Part shown: positions 63,365 to 64,000 of the stretch, piece by piece
Numbering within the stretch: the stretch's first letter is position 1
Layout: every line of letters starts with the position of its first letter
Source of the DNA: a virus
Virus record (IMG/VR): IMGVR_UViG_3300023174_000058
Span: 64,001-128,000 of that record
DNA: 64,000 nt
Strand: one strand, 5' to 3'
Made by a program: the position numbers and the translations under genes
The notes under the pieces: generated by a model
The model's database searches: none
Told to the model about the DNA's origin: nothing
The model's input: only the letters and a program-made list of their open reading frames with translations

Positions 63365-64000
63365 ATGTCTTTAGAATTATCTTGGTCTTGTTCAGGTTCT
63401 GTTTCTGGTCAGACAGTCAACGTAATAAATCCATATACAGATGTAGTCAATGGTCCAGCATGGGAACTCTGGTGGTTTAAAGAAAGATTAAAAGAGTTTG
63501 GTTGGACTGTTGTTAGCTCATCTAACTCCTCAACAGCTAGCGCTGGGGATCTTTGGGGGTCCACATTTGATTCTACAACATCAGATGGTGCGACTAAAAA
63601 CGCCAAAATTAAATTTGGTTCAAATTCTGCTGCGCGTTCATGGATTGCTCTTGCTGCTCCAACTGGTAGCAATGCAGCAGGTCATCATTTGATTATTGAT
63701 TACGGAAATGAATCAAACGTGGCGTACAGAGCGCAGTTTATTTTTAATAAAGGCGCTATTAGCGGTGGCGCTACAAATTCAAGACCAACTGGAAGCTACG
63801 AAATGGGGCTTTCTGTTGCTGGTGGTTTAGCGTCAAAAGATATTGCTTTTCATGATTCAACAACTAACTCTTCTGCTCAACATAGAGTTAATTTTCACGC
63901 CGCGACAAACGGCGCTTTCTATATATCAGAAGTTCAGGTTGGAAAGGGTAGGTTTACTTTCTTTTTGTCTTTCCTACCTCTACAAAACACACACGCTGTA
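63365..64000 (+). CDS. Structural protein, 3'-truncated by the window edge (not in ORF track)
   Basis: GGAG RBS, then MSLELSWSCSGSVSGQ...LKEFGWTVVSSSN..., open to the end of the window. Confidence 0.75.
   Translation, partial: MSLELSWSCSGSVSGQTVNVINPYTDVVNGPAWELWWFKERLKEFGWTVVSSSNSSTASAGDLWGSTFDSTTSDGATKNAKIKFGSNSAARSWIALAAPTGSNAAGHHLIIDYGNESNVAYRAQFIFNKGAISGGATNSRPTGSYEMGLSVAGGLASKDIAFHDSTTNSSAQHRVNFHAATNGAFYISEVQVGKGRFTFFLSFLPLQNTHAV

Noticed and set aside
63498-63692. 64-aa + strand ORF and the 63409-63672 minus-strand ORF
   Set aside because: Both lie inside the longer open frame starting at 63365, which has an RBS.
1-64000. Alternative genetic code (stop codon reassignment)
   Set aside because: Standard-code ORFs tile the window densely, and TAA, TAG and TGA all end genes at coupled junctions.

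Overview
A 64-kb, AT-rich segment of a large (jumbo-class) tailed phage genome, probably with a contractile tail. All credible genes are on the + strand and tightly packed, with many TAATG/ATGA overlaps and the standard genetic code. There are four blocks. (1) 1-8.4 kb: tRNA genes (Ala, Ser, Glu, Asn) mixed with small ORFs, a ClpP-like protease, a SPOUT methyltransferase, purB, PIN-PhoH, a zincin and a Cas4-like nuclease. (2) 8.4-21.5 kb: a 16-gene nucleotide-sugar and glycosyltransferase cluster (gmd, rmlC/B/D, DegT, WbqC, methyl- and acetyltransferases, five GTs). (3) 21.5-52.4 kb: a phage sigma factor, then baseplate and tail genes (M23 hub, spike-like, gp25, gp6, LamG proteins, gp15-like). 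(4) 52.4-64 kb: repeat-rich, Ser/Thr-rich fibre proteins with a pair of DUF2827-like putative glycosyltransferases inserted among them. Main hypotheses: a phage-encoded virion or fibre glycosylation system; a late transcription system made of the sigma factor (with an overprinted Lys-rich N-terminal tail) and a CTAWTTAT promoter motif; a modular fibre family with shared N-terminal peptides and a shared C-terminal domain; and hairpins after tRNA genes that carry promoter elements in their loops. All family calls come from motif recognition by eye, not from database searches.
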